Positions 14,680-24,154 are shown, counted from the stretch's first letter. The stretch: 64,000 bases of DNA from an uncultured Acidobacteriaceae bacterium (GCA_963789245.1 CAWBKE010000014.1:69381-133380), one strand, 5' to 3'. Numbers and translations: made by a program. Notes: a model not told the origin generated them from the sequence alone.

Positions 14680-15414
14680 TCAGTCCTTCGGGATCGGGGC
14701 CGCGGCAGCCATTGAGTCGGGCGCCGGTTGCGGCCGCTTCTTCGGAAACTTCTTGGCGTACAGCTCCTTGAAGTTATTCTGGTGCTCTACCCAGTCTGCG
14801 ACGATTGGATTAATCCAGCGGATCGCTTCTATGGTTTGTCCGTGTTCCTTTGGCAGGGGACGGGTTCTACCGATAATCCGTTCATGGTGAGCTATGCGAT
14901 TCCGAAGGTTCTTGAGCACGACAAGGCGTTCATGAGCCACTGCCCGATTCACTCTGATAGGGAAAATGCGATACAGGTACGGAAGGCAAAGCGTGTCTTC
15001 ATATATCCGGCCCGTGAGCTTTACCCAAGACCCGAATGTTAATTCCGAAACAACCCGCCCCGGTGTGGTCGGCTGTCCTTTTCCCAATAGACTGTCTTTG
15101 GCTCGGTCTATTTCTGTCGGCTCGCTGTTGGCGAACTGAAAGCGGTCATACCATTTCCCGCACGCGAGTCTGTCAGACATGAGATTGTGAATGGAATTTC
15201 TTACCGTAATCTCAAGCCCCTGGATCACTCCGTAGAGAGCACCCGACAACTCGGCGTTCTTCTCATAGAGTTTGAGCGCAACCCACTGATCGCCCCTTGA
15301 AAGCCGGTAATAGGCCGTAAGTCGTTCACCGGAGATGTACCTCTCAAGAGTGTCGAAGGCTTCGTCCGTATAACCAAGAGAACTTACTTGACAACCGGCC
15401 TGATCGCAAAACAT
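14680..15414 (-). CDS. Abi_2 (AbiD/AbiF-like) abortive-infection family protein
   Basis: SGERLTAYYRLS, LYEKNAELSGALYGVIQGLEITVRNSIHNLM and LKNLRNRIAHHERII match the Abi_2 signature as I remember it (S.eRl..Y, Y..N..Ls, E...RN, RN..AHh). Confidence 0.65.
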   Translation of the reverse strand: MFCDQAGCQVSSLGYTDEAFDTLERYISGERLTAYYRLSRGDQWVALKLYEKNAELSGALYGVIQGLEITVRNSIHNLMSDRLACGKWYDRFQFANSEPTEIDRAKDSLLGKGQPTTPGRVVSELTFGSWVKLTGRIYEDTLCLPYLYRIFPIRVNRAVAHERLVVLKNLRNRIAHHERIIGRTRPLPKEHGQTIEAIRWINPIVADWVEHQNNFKELYAKKFPKKRPQPAPDSMAAAAPIPKD

Positions 15415-15457
15415 ACTGTCGCGGATTCAACTTGAGGGTTGATCCAGCGGTGATCGC

Positions 15458-16039
15458 ATGAAGAAGCCAGCCAGGAAAAAGTCTGCCAATAAGAAAGTCT
15501 CGGCAAAGAAAAAGAGCGCCGCGCGTCCGGCAAAACGCGCAGTGGTGAAGAAGGCGAGCGCGCCATCCAAGAAGGTTTCCGCGGCGAAAGCTCCCGCGGC
15601 TCCAACCGATGAAGGCAAGCTCAACTTCAACCACGCCATGATCTATGTAAAAGACGTGGAGCGCGGAATGACCTTCTATCGCGACTGGCTGGGATTCAAG
15701 CTGATCGAAGATTTTCGTTACGAGGGCAGGCCCGTCTATGCGCGAATGCGGGCTCCGGGCGGCGATGGCACCATTGCTCTGCACCAGGCCGGCCCGGGCG
15801 CTTCCATCGCCAGCGAGGGCGTGCGCCTGTACTTCGAAGTGCCCGACCTCGATGGCTTCTGCCGCAGTCTGCAAAAGCGCGGCTTCTATTTCACGCAACT
15901 GCCGCAGATGATGCCGTGGGGCTGGCGCCACGCCTATCTCAACGATCCGGAAGGACACGAGATCAGCCTGTACTGGGCCGGCGAAAATCGCATGAAGAAA
16001 ACGGTGATGAAGGCTGCGCGCGAAGCCGGCCGCAGCTGA
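15458..16039 (+). CDS. VOC (glyoxalase/bleomycin-resistance fold) protein with Lys/Ala-rich histone-H1-like N-terminal tail
   Basis: Residues 1-50 read KKPARKKSANKKVSAKKKSAARPAKRAVVKKASAPSKKVSAAKAPAAP. These are followed by FNHAMIYVKDVERGMTFYRDWLGFKL...YLNDPEGHEISLY, a VOC-type betaalphabetabetabeta module. Confidence 0.8.
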   Translation: MKKPARKKSANKKVSAKKKSAARPAKRAVVKKASAPSKKVSAAKAPAAPTDEGKLNFNHAMIYVKDVERGMTFYRDWLGFKLIEDFRYEGRPVYARMRAPGGDGTIALHQAGPGASIASEGVRLYFEVPDLDGFCRSLQKRGFYFTQLPQMMPWGWRHAYLNDPEGHEISLYWAGENRMKKTVMKAAREAGRS

Positions 16040-16152
16040 TCATTGTCTAAACCCTCAAGTCTAGCCGCATGAAACAAAGATTGCCAGGACCCTTGACCAG
16101 GCGCCTACAATATCTTCTGTTTGGTGGCCAACCGGCTTGAAAGGATCGCAAG

Positions 16153-17025
16153 ATGCACCTGACTCTGGTCGATTACGCTTTATGGCTTGGCTCTGGCGTT
16201 GTCATGGCCGGAGTACTAGCCGCCATGTATTCCCGTAAACTTCACAAGACTTACCCCTACTTTTTCGCCTATGCGATCCTCCAGGTCGTTAGCGTGCCGC
16301 TGATGTTCTGGCTGAGTACGCGATTTTATGCAGTCTATTACTACGCATACTACGGCAGTTTGATCGCCAGCGTCGTCATATCGATCGCCATATTCTGGGA
16401 GATTTTCAGGAACGCGCTCAAACCTCACGAGGGCCTCAGAAGATGGGCGTTCGTCTCATTTTGGTGGGGCGTCGTTTTTCTTTCCGGAGTCATTGTCCTG
16501 ATGACATTCGCGCGAGGCCCGAGTCCACAGGGGCCGTATGCGAATTGGATATCATCTAGTGTCAGTGCGACCCGCGTTGCGCAGTGCGCGTTGATCCTTT
16601 TTCTTCTGCTCTTTCGCAGGCACCTCGGAATATCGCGAGGGCACGTAATCTTCGGGATCGCGCTCGGCTTCGGCATATTTGCCGCGGTTAACATGCTGAT
16701 AGCGAGTGGCATTCGATTCAATGGCCTGACTCACGGCATCCTGTGGCAGGTGAACAGCCTCGCCTACCTTCTTGCCAGTGTGGTTTGGTTGACATACACC
16801 CTGAGGGGATCAACCCAGCTCGGATGTGCCCCAAAAAATATTCAATCCCGCCTAAGCAATGGCGCTCGACTGGCGGTTTTTGCTGCTGTCAAGTTGACCC
16901 GGCTGCGCACGCGGCCTACCATAACCGCGAGCGGGACCGAGGTCCTCGGACATGGTCGGCGAGACAGTCTCCCACTATCACATCGTGGGGAAACTCGGCG
17001 GTGGTGGAATGGGGTTGGTATATGA
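16153..17025 (+). CDS. Hypothetical polytopic membrane protein (about 7 TM)
   Basis: Seven hydrophobic segments in the translation. The C-terminal approximately 70 aa are low-complexity and overlap the kinase start by 74 nt, so the true 3' end is uncertain. Confidence 0.55.
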   Translation: MHLTLVDYALWLGSGVVMAGVLAAMYSRKLHKTYPYFFAYAILQVVSVPLMFWLSTRFYAVYYYAYYGSLIASVVISIAIFWEIFRNALKPHEGLRRWAFVSFWWGVVFLSGVIVLMTFARGPSPQGPYANWISSSVSATRVAQCALILFLLLFRRHLGISRGHVIFGIALGFGIFAAVNMLIASGIRFNGLTHGILWQVNSLAYLLASVVWLTYTLRGSTQLGCAPKNIQSRLSNGARLAVFAAVKLTRLRTRPTITASGTEVLGHGRRDSLPLSHRGETRRWWNGVGI

Positions 17026-19357
17026 CGCGGAAGACACGCGTCTGGGCCGCCACGTCGCGCTGAAGTTCATTCCTGAAAATCTGGTCAACGACCGCAAAGC
17101 CCTGGAGCGCTTCGAACGCGAAGCTCGCGCCGCCTCGCAGTTAAACCATCCCGGCATCTGCACCATCTACGACATCGAAGACATGAACGGCCAGCCCTTC
17201 ATTGTTATGGAGAAGCTGGAGGGGATGAGCCTGAAAGACCGGCTGCGCGGCAAGCCGATGGACATCGATGAGATCCTCGGCATCGCAATCCAGGTAGCCG
17301 ATGCGCTCGCCGCCTGCCACGCCAAAGGGATCATTCATCGCGACATCAAGCCGGCGAACATCTTCATTACCCAGACTGGACAGGTCAAGATCCTGGACTT
17401 CGGACTGGTGAAGTTGTCGCGCGACCTGTGGAGCGGCGAGCCCGTGAGCGAAGATCTGTCGGAAGCCGGAGACATCTTTGGCACTGCGGTTTATATGTCG
17501 CCGGAGCAGGCGCGCGGCGAAGAGCTCGATGCTCGCAGCGATCTGTTTTCGCTCGGAGTTGTGCTCTACCAGATGGCGACCGGCCAGAAACCATTTGCCG
17601 GCGCCAACTCGGTGGTCACTCTGGAGGCAGTCCTTACTAAGAAGCCTATTCCTCCGCTGAAGCTGAATCCCAAGCTCCCGCCCGATCTGGAGGGGATCAT
17701 CGGCCACGCGATGGAGAAGAACCGCGCCAACCGCTATCCCGACGCGCTGTCCCTGAAGGCCGACCTGGTAGCGCTAAAGCGAGAGACCGACTCGAGTTTG
17801 ACGGCCAGCGGCCGCATGCGTTCACCCTTCCCGTACCGCATCGCGACCAGCACATTCCAGACGACGAGCCGCTGGCAGACCTATCTTCTGCTGGCGGTCA
17901 GCGCGGTGCTGGTCATGGTGCTCACGCTGGCGGGATTGTGGTGGTTCAAGCATCGTTCGGGAGCTGTCGGCGCCAAGAACACCATCGCCGTGCTGCCGCT
18001 GCAGAATGTGAATGGCGATATCAGCGTTGACTTCCTGCGCTTCGCGCTAGCCGACGAGATCGCGAAAGTACTCACCTATTCGCGCACTTTGGACGTGCGT
18101 CCATCTTCGCTAGCGCAAAAATACGCCACTAAGGACCCCGATCCGCAAAAAGTTGGGCGGGAGTTGCACGTTGCGACGGTGTTGACCGGACACTTCCTGA
18201 AACAAGGCGACAACCTGATGGTCACGCTGGAAGCGATTGATGTGCGCGACAACCGCTTGCTGTGGCAGTCCAGCTTTACCGCCCCGGCGCAGGACCTCAT
18301 CGCTTTGCAATCCAACATGGCGGCGCAGATACGCCAGGGCCTGCTGCCAACTCTCGGCGTAACCAGCGCAACGGTCGCCACCGGCAGTCGCCCCAAGGAC
18401 CCCGAGGCCTACGATCTCTATCTTCACGCTTTGGCGCTGCCTCACGATCCCGCGCCGAATAAAGACGCGATCGCCGTATTGCAGCAGGTGGTGCGGATGG
18501 ATTCCGGATACGCCCCAGCGTGGGAGGAGTTGGGCCTGCGCGCTTACTGGGACACGACCTACTCCGACGGCGGAGAGCCGATGTTCCAGCTTTCCAACAC
18601 CGCCTGCGCGCGGGCGCTGGCTCTGGATCCTAATCTCACGATTGCTGCCGGGCAGTTGATTACCAACCAGGTGGAGCGGGGCGAACTGGGCAAGGCCTAC
18701 GAAGCTGCGCAAGCGATGGTAAAACGGTTCCCGGAGAACGCTCAGGCCCACTTCGTGTTGAGCTATGTCTACCGTTACGCCGGGATGCTGGAGGAAGCCA
18801 CGAACGAATGCAATACCGCGATCAGGCTCGATCCGGCCAATTACATCTTCCGCTCCTGCGCCTGGCCGTTCATGGAGCTAGGGAAGACCGGCCGGGCCGC
18901 GGATTTCATTCGCCTGGACGCCGGCTCGGAGTGGGCGGCCTACGTTACGCCATCGCTGTTGTTGCGCGAAGGCAAGATTCCGGAAGCGCGTGATGCGGTG
19001 AAGCGCATGCCGACGGCGCCGCGCTACCATCGCGATTTGCTGGAATCATGTCTGGGACTGCGCCCGGAGGCCGAACTGGACCGCATTGCCCACGAGTCCG
19101 AGACCAGCTTCCCTGCCGATCCCGATCCCGAGACCTGGTACTACGAAGGAGCGCTGTTTGCCGATTGCGGAAAAACGCAGGCCGCTGTTCATCTCCTGCA
19201 GAGCGCTATCCAGAATAATTATTGTTCCTATTCCAACCTGCTCACCGATCCTCTGCTGGCCAAGTTTCGCGCCGACCCGGCCATCGACAAGCTGCTGACC
19301 TCAGCCCACGAATGCCAGGAAGCGGTGCGCCAAGCGGCCGCAGGGCAAGGACAATAG
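16952..19357 (+). CDS. Ser/Thr protein kinase with one TM segment and C-terminal TPR-like domain
   Basis: GKLGGGGMGLVY glycine loop, VALKF, HRDIKPANIF, ILDFGLV, YMSPEQ and TM LLLAVSAVLVMVLTLAGLWWF. An in-frame stop lies 9 codons upstream of the ATG. Confidence 0.9.
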   Translation: MVGETVSHYHIVGKLGGGGMGLVYDAEDTRLGRHVALKFIPENLVNDRKALERFEREARAASQLNHPGICTIYDIEDMNGQPFIVMEKLEGMSLKDRLRGKPMDIDEILGIAIQVADALAACHAKGIIHRDIKPANIFITQTGQVKILDFGLVKLSRDLWSGEPVSEDLSEAGDIFGTAVYMSPEQARGEELDARSDLFSLGVVLYQMATGQKPFAGANSVVTLEAVLTKKPIPPLKLNPKLPPDLEGIIGHAMEKNRANRYPDALSLKADLVALKRETDSSLTASGRMRSPFPYRIATSTFQTTSRWQTYLLLAVSAVLVMVLTLAGLWWFKHRSGAVGAKNTIAVLPLQNVNGDISVDFLRFALADEIAKVLTYSRTLDVRPSSLAQKYATKDPDPQKVGRELHVATVLTGHFLKQGDNLMVTLEAIDVRDNRLLWQSSFTAPAQDLIALQSNMAAQIRQGLLPTLGVTSATVATGSRPKDPEAYDLYLHALALPHDPAPNKDAIAVLQQVVRMDSGYAPAWEELGLRAYWDTTYSDGGEPMFQLSNTACARALALDPNLTIAAGQLITNQVERGELGKAYEAAQAMVKRFPENAQAHFVLSYVYRYAGMLEEATNECNTAIRLDPANYIFRSCAWPFMELGKTGRAADFIRLDAGSEWAAYVTPSLLLREGKIPEARDAVKRMPTAPRYHRDLLESCLGLRPEAELDRIAHESETSFPADPDPETWYYEGALFADCGKTQAAVHLLQSAIQNNYCSYSNLLTDPLLAKFRADPAIDKLLTSAHECQEAVRQAAAGQGQ

Positions 19358-19444
19358 CCGGCGCGTCACAAAATGTGTCGCAGCCACGCCAGCCCTGCGA
19401 ACGATACTCGCCCAAGCAGGAGGCTTAATGCTGGTTCTGATCGC

Positions 19445-19490
19445 GTCCCGAAGGGACAACACATCTCAGCCCAGCGTTTCGACGCTGGGG
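19445..19490. repeat. REP doublet (left) associated with the RAYT gene
   Basis: gtcccgaagggac followed by ctcagcccagcgtttcgacgctgggg. It is the inverted counterpart of 20107-20153. Confidence 0.8.
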
Positions 19491-19608
19491 GAACGTATGA
19501 TCTAACTGGGAGTCCCGCCAGGGACGACACATGATTACCGAAAATGTAGCGCGAATCATACGGCGCGCCCGACTTGCGTAACAAGGTCATGAACTCTTGT
19601 TCGAAGCT

Positions 19609-19971
19609 CTACTTTGCATGATGTTCGGGTTGATTTGCAATATAGTCGGTCACGATCTGCTTCTGTGATTGGCTGACACTGAACGCTCCGTAGCCTTCCT
19701 GCCAGGCGAAGTCGACTCCGTGTTCATGAAGCCAGCGTGAGCTGTTGCCTTTCAGTTCCTGCACAGCTTTCGCCAGCGGAATTTTGGGAGGAATGGAGAT
19801 CAGAAGATGGATGTGATTAGCCGTGCCTCCCGCCGCCAGAAGAATCAGGTTCTTCGCGCGTGCGACGCCGGTCAAATATCGGCATAGCTCGTTGGGATCG
19901 GCTATGAGATTGGCCCGCTGTTTCGTGCTGAATACGCAATGCACCAGCACCCAGGCGGGGGTATGGGACAC
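19609..19971 (-). CDS. REP-associated tyrosine transposase (RAYT, IS200/IS605 TnpA-like Y1 HUH)
   Basis: HUH motif (ANHIHLLIS), a C-terminal Tyr region (WQEGYGAFSVS), about 120 aa, GTG start, and flanking inverted REPs. Confidence 0.85.
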   Translation of the reverse strand: MSHTPAWVLVHCVFSTKQRANLIADPNELCRYLTGVARAKNLILLAAGGTANHIHLLISIPPKIPLAKAVQELKGNSSRWLHEHGVDFAWQEGYGAFSVSQSQKQIVTDYIANQPEHHAK

Positions 19972-20106
19972 AGGAGCAGGCTAACCGAGTACAGAAGCGA
20001 GTTCGGTGATATATAGCACATAGCATGGTTCATCTGCCGTCCCGCACGTTCAACAAGCGGAACACGGCTCCAAGGCTCGCGGGACTCGGGCCGACGGAAA
20101 CGCTTA

Positions 20107-20153
20107 CCCAGCGTTGAAACGCTGGGCTGAGATATGCTGTCCGCTCTGCGGAC
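20107..20153. repeat. REP doublet (right), inverted relative to 19445-19490
   Basis: cccagcgttgaaacgctgggctgag followed by gtccgctctgcggac. The reverse complement ctcagcccagcgtttcaacgctggg differs by one base from the left copy. Confidence 0.8.
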
Positions 20154-20458
20154 GGAATTGCCTGCGCGTGAACAACTCGATCCACTAAAGCCCGGCGTTT
20201 TCCGAACGCCGCAAGCGCATTGGCGTGCTATAATTAGAAGTGCTTATCGGCAAAGAAACTCCTTATTTTGCAACGACTTGCCACCGGTTTGGCGAGTTTC
20301 GTGGCGGCAAACCGCGAGGCTGAATCTGCGCGTGCAAATCGGAGCACATTCGCGACTCGTCAAGTGACGCCGATGCGACGGCAAATCTCTGAATTGACCG
20401 CGTAAGAAGTTTAGGAAGGAACAAGCCGACGGCTGATGGCTGACGGCTGATAGCTAAC

Positions 20459-23089
20459 ATGCCTGACGATCCAAACCAGCAACTACCGCTCGACAACATC
20501 GGCCCCGGCGCCGCCAACGTGCAGCCCGTCAATATTGAAGACGAGATGCGGCGCTCGTATCTCGACTACTCGATGTCGGTGATCATCGGGCGCGCACTGC
20601 CCGACATTCGCGATGGCTTGAAGCCGGTACACCGCCGCATTCTGTACGCGATGCACGACATGGGCGTGCTGCACAATCGCAAGCACATGAAGTGCGCCGG
20701 CGTCGTCGGCGAATGCCTGAAGAAATATCACCCGCATGGCGACACTGCGGTCTACGACGCGATGGTGCGCCTGGCGCAGCCCTGGAGCCTGCGCTATCCC
20801 CTGATCGATGGACAAGGCAACTTCGGCTCAGTCGATGGCGATCCGCCCGCGGCCTACCGGTACACCGAGTCGCGCCTTACGGAGATTGCCGAGGAGTTGC
20901 TGGCCGATATCGATAAGGACACCGTCGACTTCGTCGCCAATTTTGACGACACCACGGTCGAGCCGGTTGTGCTTCCAACCCGAATTCCCAATCTGCTGGT
21001 CAACGGTTCGAACGGCATCGCGGTAGGCATGGCCACCAACATTCCGCCGCACAATCTGACCGAAATCGTGGATGGCGCCATCACGCTGGTGAACAATCCC
21101 CAGGCGACGCTGGCCGACATCCTGAAGTTCGTCCAAGGCCCCGACTTCCCCACCGGCGGCTTCATTCACGGCCGCAGCGGGATCATGGAAGCCTATCGCA
21201 CCGGACGCGGCCGCTTCATCATGCGCGCCAAGGCGGCCATTGAGCACGTCACCAAAGACAAAGACGCGATCATCGTCACCGAGATTCCCTACCAGGTCAA
21301 TAAGGCGAACATGATCAAACACATCGCCGAACTGGTAAACAACAAGGTCATCGACGAGATCAGCGACGTGCGCGACGAGAGCGATCGCGACGGCATGAGG
21401 ATCGTCATTGAGCTGAAGCGCGGCTGCGAGCCGCAGATCGTGCTCAACCAGCTTTTCAAGCACACCTCAATGCAGGAAAGCTTCAGCATGATCTTCCTGG
21501 CCGTGGTCAATAACCAGCCCAAGGAAATGGGACTGGTGCAGGCCATCCAGCACTTTGTCGATCATCGCATCGACGTGGTGCGGCGCCGCACGGCCTATCT
21601 GCTGATGAAGGCGCGCGAGCGCGAACACGTTCTGGAGGGCTACCAGGTTGCACTGGACCGCGTCGACGACGTGATCCGCATCATCCGCGGCAGCGAGAAT
21701 CGCGCCGATGCCCGCACGAACCTCGTCGACTACTTCACAGGCAAGACGGTCAGCGTCTCGGAAGGAAAGTCGGCGAAGACGGCGACGCTGAAGGGCGTGA
21801 CGCCGACGACGCTCACGACACCGTTTGACACGTTGCAAGCCGATGCCATTCTGGAATTGCAATTGCATCGCCTGACCCGGCTGTCGATTGATGAAATCGT
21901 GAAGGAACTGGCCGAGGTCCGCGGACGCATTGCCGAGTACGAAGCCATTCTGGGCAGCGAGAAGAAACTGCGCAGCGTCATCGTCAAGGAACTGGAAGAA
22001 GTCAAGAAGAAGTACGGTGACGAGCGCCGCACCAAGATTCAGGACGAAGCTGCCGAGATCAATCTGGAAGACCTGATTGCCGATGAGCAGGTTGCGGTAA
22101 CGGTAAGCCACTCCGGCTATTTGAAGCGCACGCCGATTTCGACTTATCGCCAGCAGCGTCGCGGCGGCACCGGCCGCAAGGGCATGAGCACGCGCGAGGA
22201 AGACTTTGTCGAACATCTGTTCGTCGCCTCCACGCACGATTACATTCTCGTCTTCACCAACAACGGGCGCGTCTACTGGCTGAAGGTCTACGAGATTCCT
22301 GAACTGAGCGCTGCGGGCAAGGGCAGGGCCATCGCCAACCTGGTGGCGCTGCAACCGGGCGAGAGCGTGCGCGCCTGGCTCACCGTTCGCGATCTGGAGG
22401 AAGAGAGCCGCTACGTCTTCTTTGCCACCCGCAATGGCACGGTGAAGAAGACGCCGCTGAAGGACTTCAGCAACGTGATGTCGCGCGGCATCATTGCTAT
22501 CGGCATTGAGAAGGAAGATGAACTGGTCGCAGCCAGTTGCACGGACGGCAATCAGATCATCTTCCTCGCCACTCACGATGGGCAGGCGATCCGCTTCGAG
22601 GAACCCGACGTGCGACCGATGGGCCGCCAGGCGTACGGTGTCCGCGGCATGAACTTGGGGCGCGGCGACTACATCGTCGGCATGGCGGTAACGCCGAAGG
22701 AGCGCAAGAAGACGAAAGGCACCGAGGACCAGGAAGCGAGCCTGATCCTCTCGGTCACCGAGCAGGGCTACGGCAAGCGCACCGATGTGGACGAGTACCG
22801 CTTGCAATCGCGCGGTGGCAAAGGCGTGATCAACGTGAAGACCACGGCGCGCAACGGCAAGGTCGTCTCCATCATGCTGGTGAATGAGCAGTCGGAGGTG
22901 ATGGTGATCAGCCAGTTCGGCAAGATCATCCGCATCGACAGCAAGAACATTCGCGAATGCGGACGCTCATCGCAGGGCGTGCGCCTGCTGCATCTGGAAG
23001 AAGGCGATCGCCTGGCTGCCGCGTCAGTCATCCCATCGGAAGAGGTTGCGGAGAACGGCGCTGGGGAGACTGGCGTGCTGGTGCAGTAG
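20459..23089 (+). CDS. gyrA: DNA gyrase subunit A
   Basis: [64 protein letters not shown], and the C-terminal beta-pinwheel repeats. Confidence 0.97.
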   Translation: MPDDPNQQLPLDNIGPGAANVQPVNIEDEMRRSYLDYSMSVIIGRALPDIRDGLKPVHRRILYAMHDMGVLHNRKHMKCAGVVGECLKKYHPHGDTAVYDAMVRLAQPWSLRYPLIDGQGNFGSVDGDPPAAYRYTESRLTEIAEELLADIDKDTVDFVANFDDTTVEPVVLPTRIPNLLVNGSNGIAVGMATNIPPHNLTEIVDGAITLVNNPQATLADILKFVQGPDFPTGGFIHGRSGIMEAYRTGRGRFIMRAKAAIEHVTKDKDAIIVTEIPYQVNKANMIKHIAELVNNKVIDEISDVRDESDRDGMRIVIELKRGCEPQIVLNQLFKHTSMQESFSMIFLAVVNNQPKEMGLVQAIQHFVDHRIDVVRRRTAYLLMKAREREHVLEGYQVALDRVDDVIRIIRGSENRADARTNLVDYFTGKTVSVSEGKSAKTATLKGVTPTTLTTPFDTLQADAILELQLHRLTRLSIDEIVKELAEVRGRIAEYEAILGSEKKLRSVIVKELEEVKKKYGDERRTKIQDEAAEINLEDLIADEQVAVTVSHSGYLKRTPISTYRQQRRGGTGRKGMSTREEDFVEHLFVASTHDYILVFTNNGRVYWLKVYEIPELSAAGKGRAIANLVALQPGESVRAWLTVRDLEEESRYVFFATRNGTVKKTPLKDFSNVMSRGIIAIGIEKEDELVAASCTDGNQIIFLATHDGQAIRFEEPDVRPMGRQAYGVRGMNLGRGDYIVGMAVTPKERKKTKGTEDQEASLILSVTEQGYGKRTDVDEYRLQSRGGKGVINVKTTARNGKVVSIMLVNEQSEVMVISQFGKIIRIDSKNIRECGRSSQGVRLLHLEEGDRLAAASVIPSEEVAENGAGETGVLVQ

Positions 23090-23095
23090 CAAGAG

Positions 23096-23124
23096 CCCAC
23101 CCAAGCAAAACCCGCTTGGGTGGG
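23096..23124 (+). terminator. 11-bp-stem hairpin 6 nt after the gyrA stop (REP-like; no U tract)
   Basis: cccacccaagc-aaaaccc-gcttgggtggg is a perfect stem. It is followed by GGGGCACCCG, which is shared with the hairpin at 9289-9346. Confidence 0.5.
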
Positions 23125-23253
23125 GCACCCGCGGATTTCAGCTAGACAAAGTTGTCTTCGGGCCTGTGTGCCGGCACTCTTCCATTGCCGGGGCCTTTTG
23201 CGAAGCGTCGTTATCCCAATACAATTTCCAGAGAAATCCTCTTCCCTGACTCC

Positions 23254-23280
23254 AGATGTTATCAGTTTATGATAACATCT
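23254..23280. promoter_or_regulatory. Perfect 11-bp inverted repeat AGATGTTATCA-GTTTA-TGATAACATCT spanning the start codon of the TumE-like gene; putative operator
   Basis: Read directly in the sequence. The ATG 23269-23271 lies in the spacer/right arm. Confidence 0.5.
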
Positions 23281-23658
23281 GACCGTGGTCCATTTGTGCC
23301 GCAGGACCATACACTCGAGAACCTGCTAGAGCTGGACGGCGACGTTTATGTTATCGATGAGCCGGGCGGATACTGGGTCAAGTTCGAGGTGAGGCGCGTG
23401 GCCTCCAGCCCCGAGCGACCCCACGGCATTCAATATTCGTTGACTATGCACGACGCGCAAAACCAGCGGCTGGTGGGTTTTGATAACGCGCACGGTTATC
23501 TAATCAAACCAACAAGAGGTGGAGTCGTTCGCGCAACCGATCATTGGCATAAGCTGGGCCGAGTCAAACCCTATCGCTATGAGAGTGCGGCAAAGCTGGT
23601 CACGGACTTCTGGGAAGCGGTAGACCACGTGCTTAAGTTGAGAGGAAAGAACCAATGA
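23269..23658 (+). CDS. DUF6516 / TumE-like putative toxin
   Basis: IQYSLTMHDAQNQRLVGFDNAHGYLIKP...DHWHKLGRVKPYRYESAAKLVTDFWEAVDHVL fits the TumE-family pattern as I remember it (YSL..., DNAH/DNE.G, DH.H, Y.F, DFW..V). The gene overlaps the downstream wHTH gene by 4 nt. Confidence 0.6.
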   Translation: MITSDRGPFVPQDHTLENLLELDGDVYVIDEPGGYWVKFEVRRVASSPERPHGIQYSLTMHDAQNQRLVGFDNAHGYLIKPTRGGVVRATDHWHKLGRVKPYRYESAAKLVTDFWEAVDHVLKLRGKNQ

Positions 23659-24014
23659 GCACCCTTAGAGTAGGAATCGCCAGTTATGAGCAAATGAAGC
23701 GGCGAACGCTCGCCATTGCGCGTGGCGAAATGAAACCCGGACCGCGTGATCCCAAGGTCTGGTTCACCTCGACCGAGAGTATGGCACGAATTCTCTCCGC
23801 CAAGAACCGCGAACTATTGGAGATCATTCGCAGAAATTCTCCGCAATCGCTGGCGGAATTGGCGCAACAGACGGGGCGCAGAAAGCCTAACCTCTCGCGC
23901 ACCCTGAAGACGATGGAGCGGTATGGTCTGGTCAAAGTTTCGCGCCGCAATCGCCGCCTGGTTGCGAAGGTGGACTACAACCGGGTTGCCGTGGTCATGG
24001 AGCTGAGCGCCTAA
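23655..24014 (+). CDS. Small winged-helix DNA-binding protein (HVO_A0114/MarR-like), putative cognate antitoxin
   Basis: FTSTESMARILSAKNRELLEIIRRNSPQSLAELAQQTGRRKPNLSRTLKTMERYGLV is a wHTH. The ATGA overlap with the upstream gene indicates coupling. Confidence 0.6.
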   Translation: MSTLRVGIASYEQMKRRTLAIARGEMKPGPRDPKVWFTSTESMARILSAKNRELLEIIRRNSPQSLAELAQQTGRRKPNLSRTLKTMERYGLVKVSRRNRRLVAKVDYNRVAVVMELSA

Positions 24015-24096
24015 ACACTCGCGCCCAAACAACCAGGGCTTCAGCATCTCCTCCGTTCCTCTTCGTGAAGCGCATGAAATTTTCTTCAGAAGCCTC

Positions 24097-24154
24097 TTGA
24101 CAGCCTTCTCTCTTCCTATATTATAACCATATAGTTTTATAACTTATTGGTTAT
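24097..24154 (+). promoter_or_regulatory. Sigma70-like promoter (TTGACA, 16-17 nt spacer, TATTAT/ATTATA) plus AT-rich imperfect palindrome ATAACCA..TGGTTAT over the arsR start
   Basis: TTGACA at 24097-24102 and tatattataa at 24117-24126. The direct repeat TTATAAC occurs at 24121 and 24137. The inverted heptamers are at 24123-24129 and 24148-24154. Confidence 0.5.

Noticed and set aside
20436-20450. 4-codon uORF (MADG) in the gyrA leader
   Set aside because: It is a by-product of the GGCTGA heptad repeat, has no SD, and has no evidence of function. It is mentioned only within the repeat finding.
21467-22807. 446-aa ORF on the minus strand
   Set aside because: It lies entirely antisense to gyrA, whose identity is unambiguous. 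Its Arg/Ala/Gly/His-rich composition is typical of shadow ORFs in GC-rich DNA, and it has no SD or family motif.
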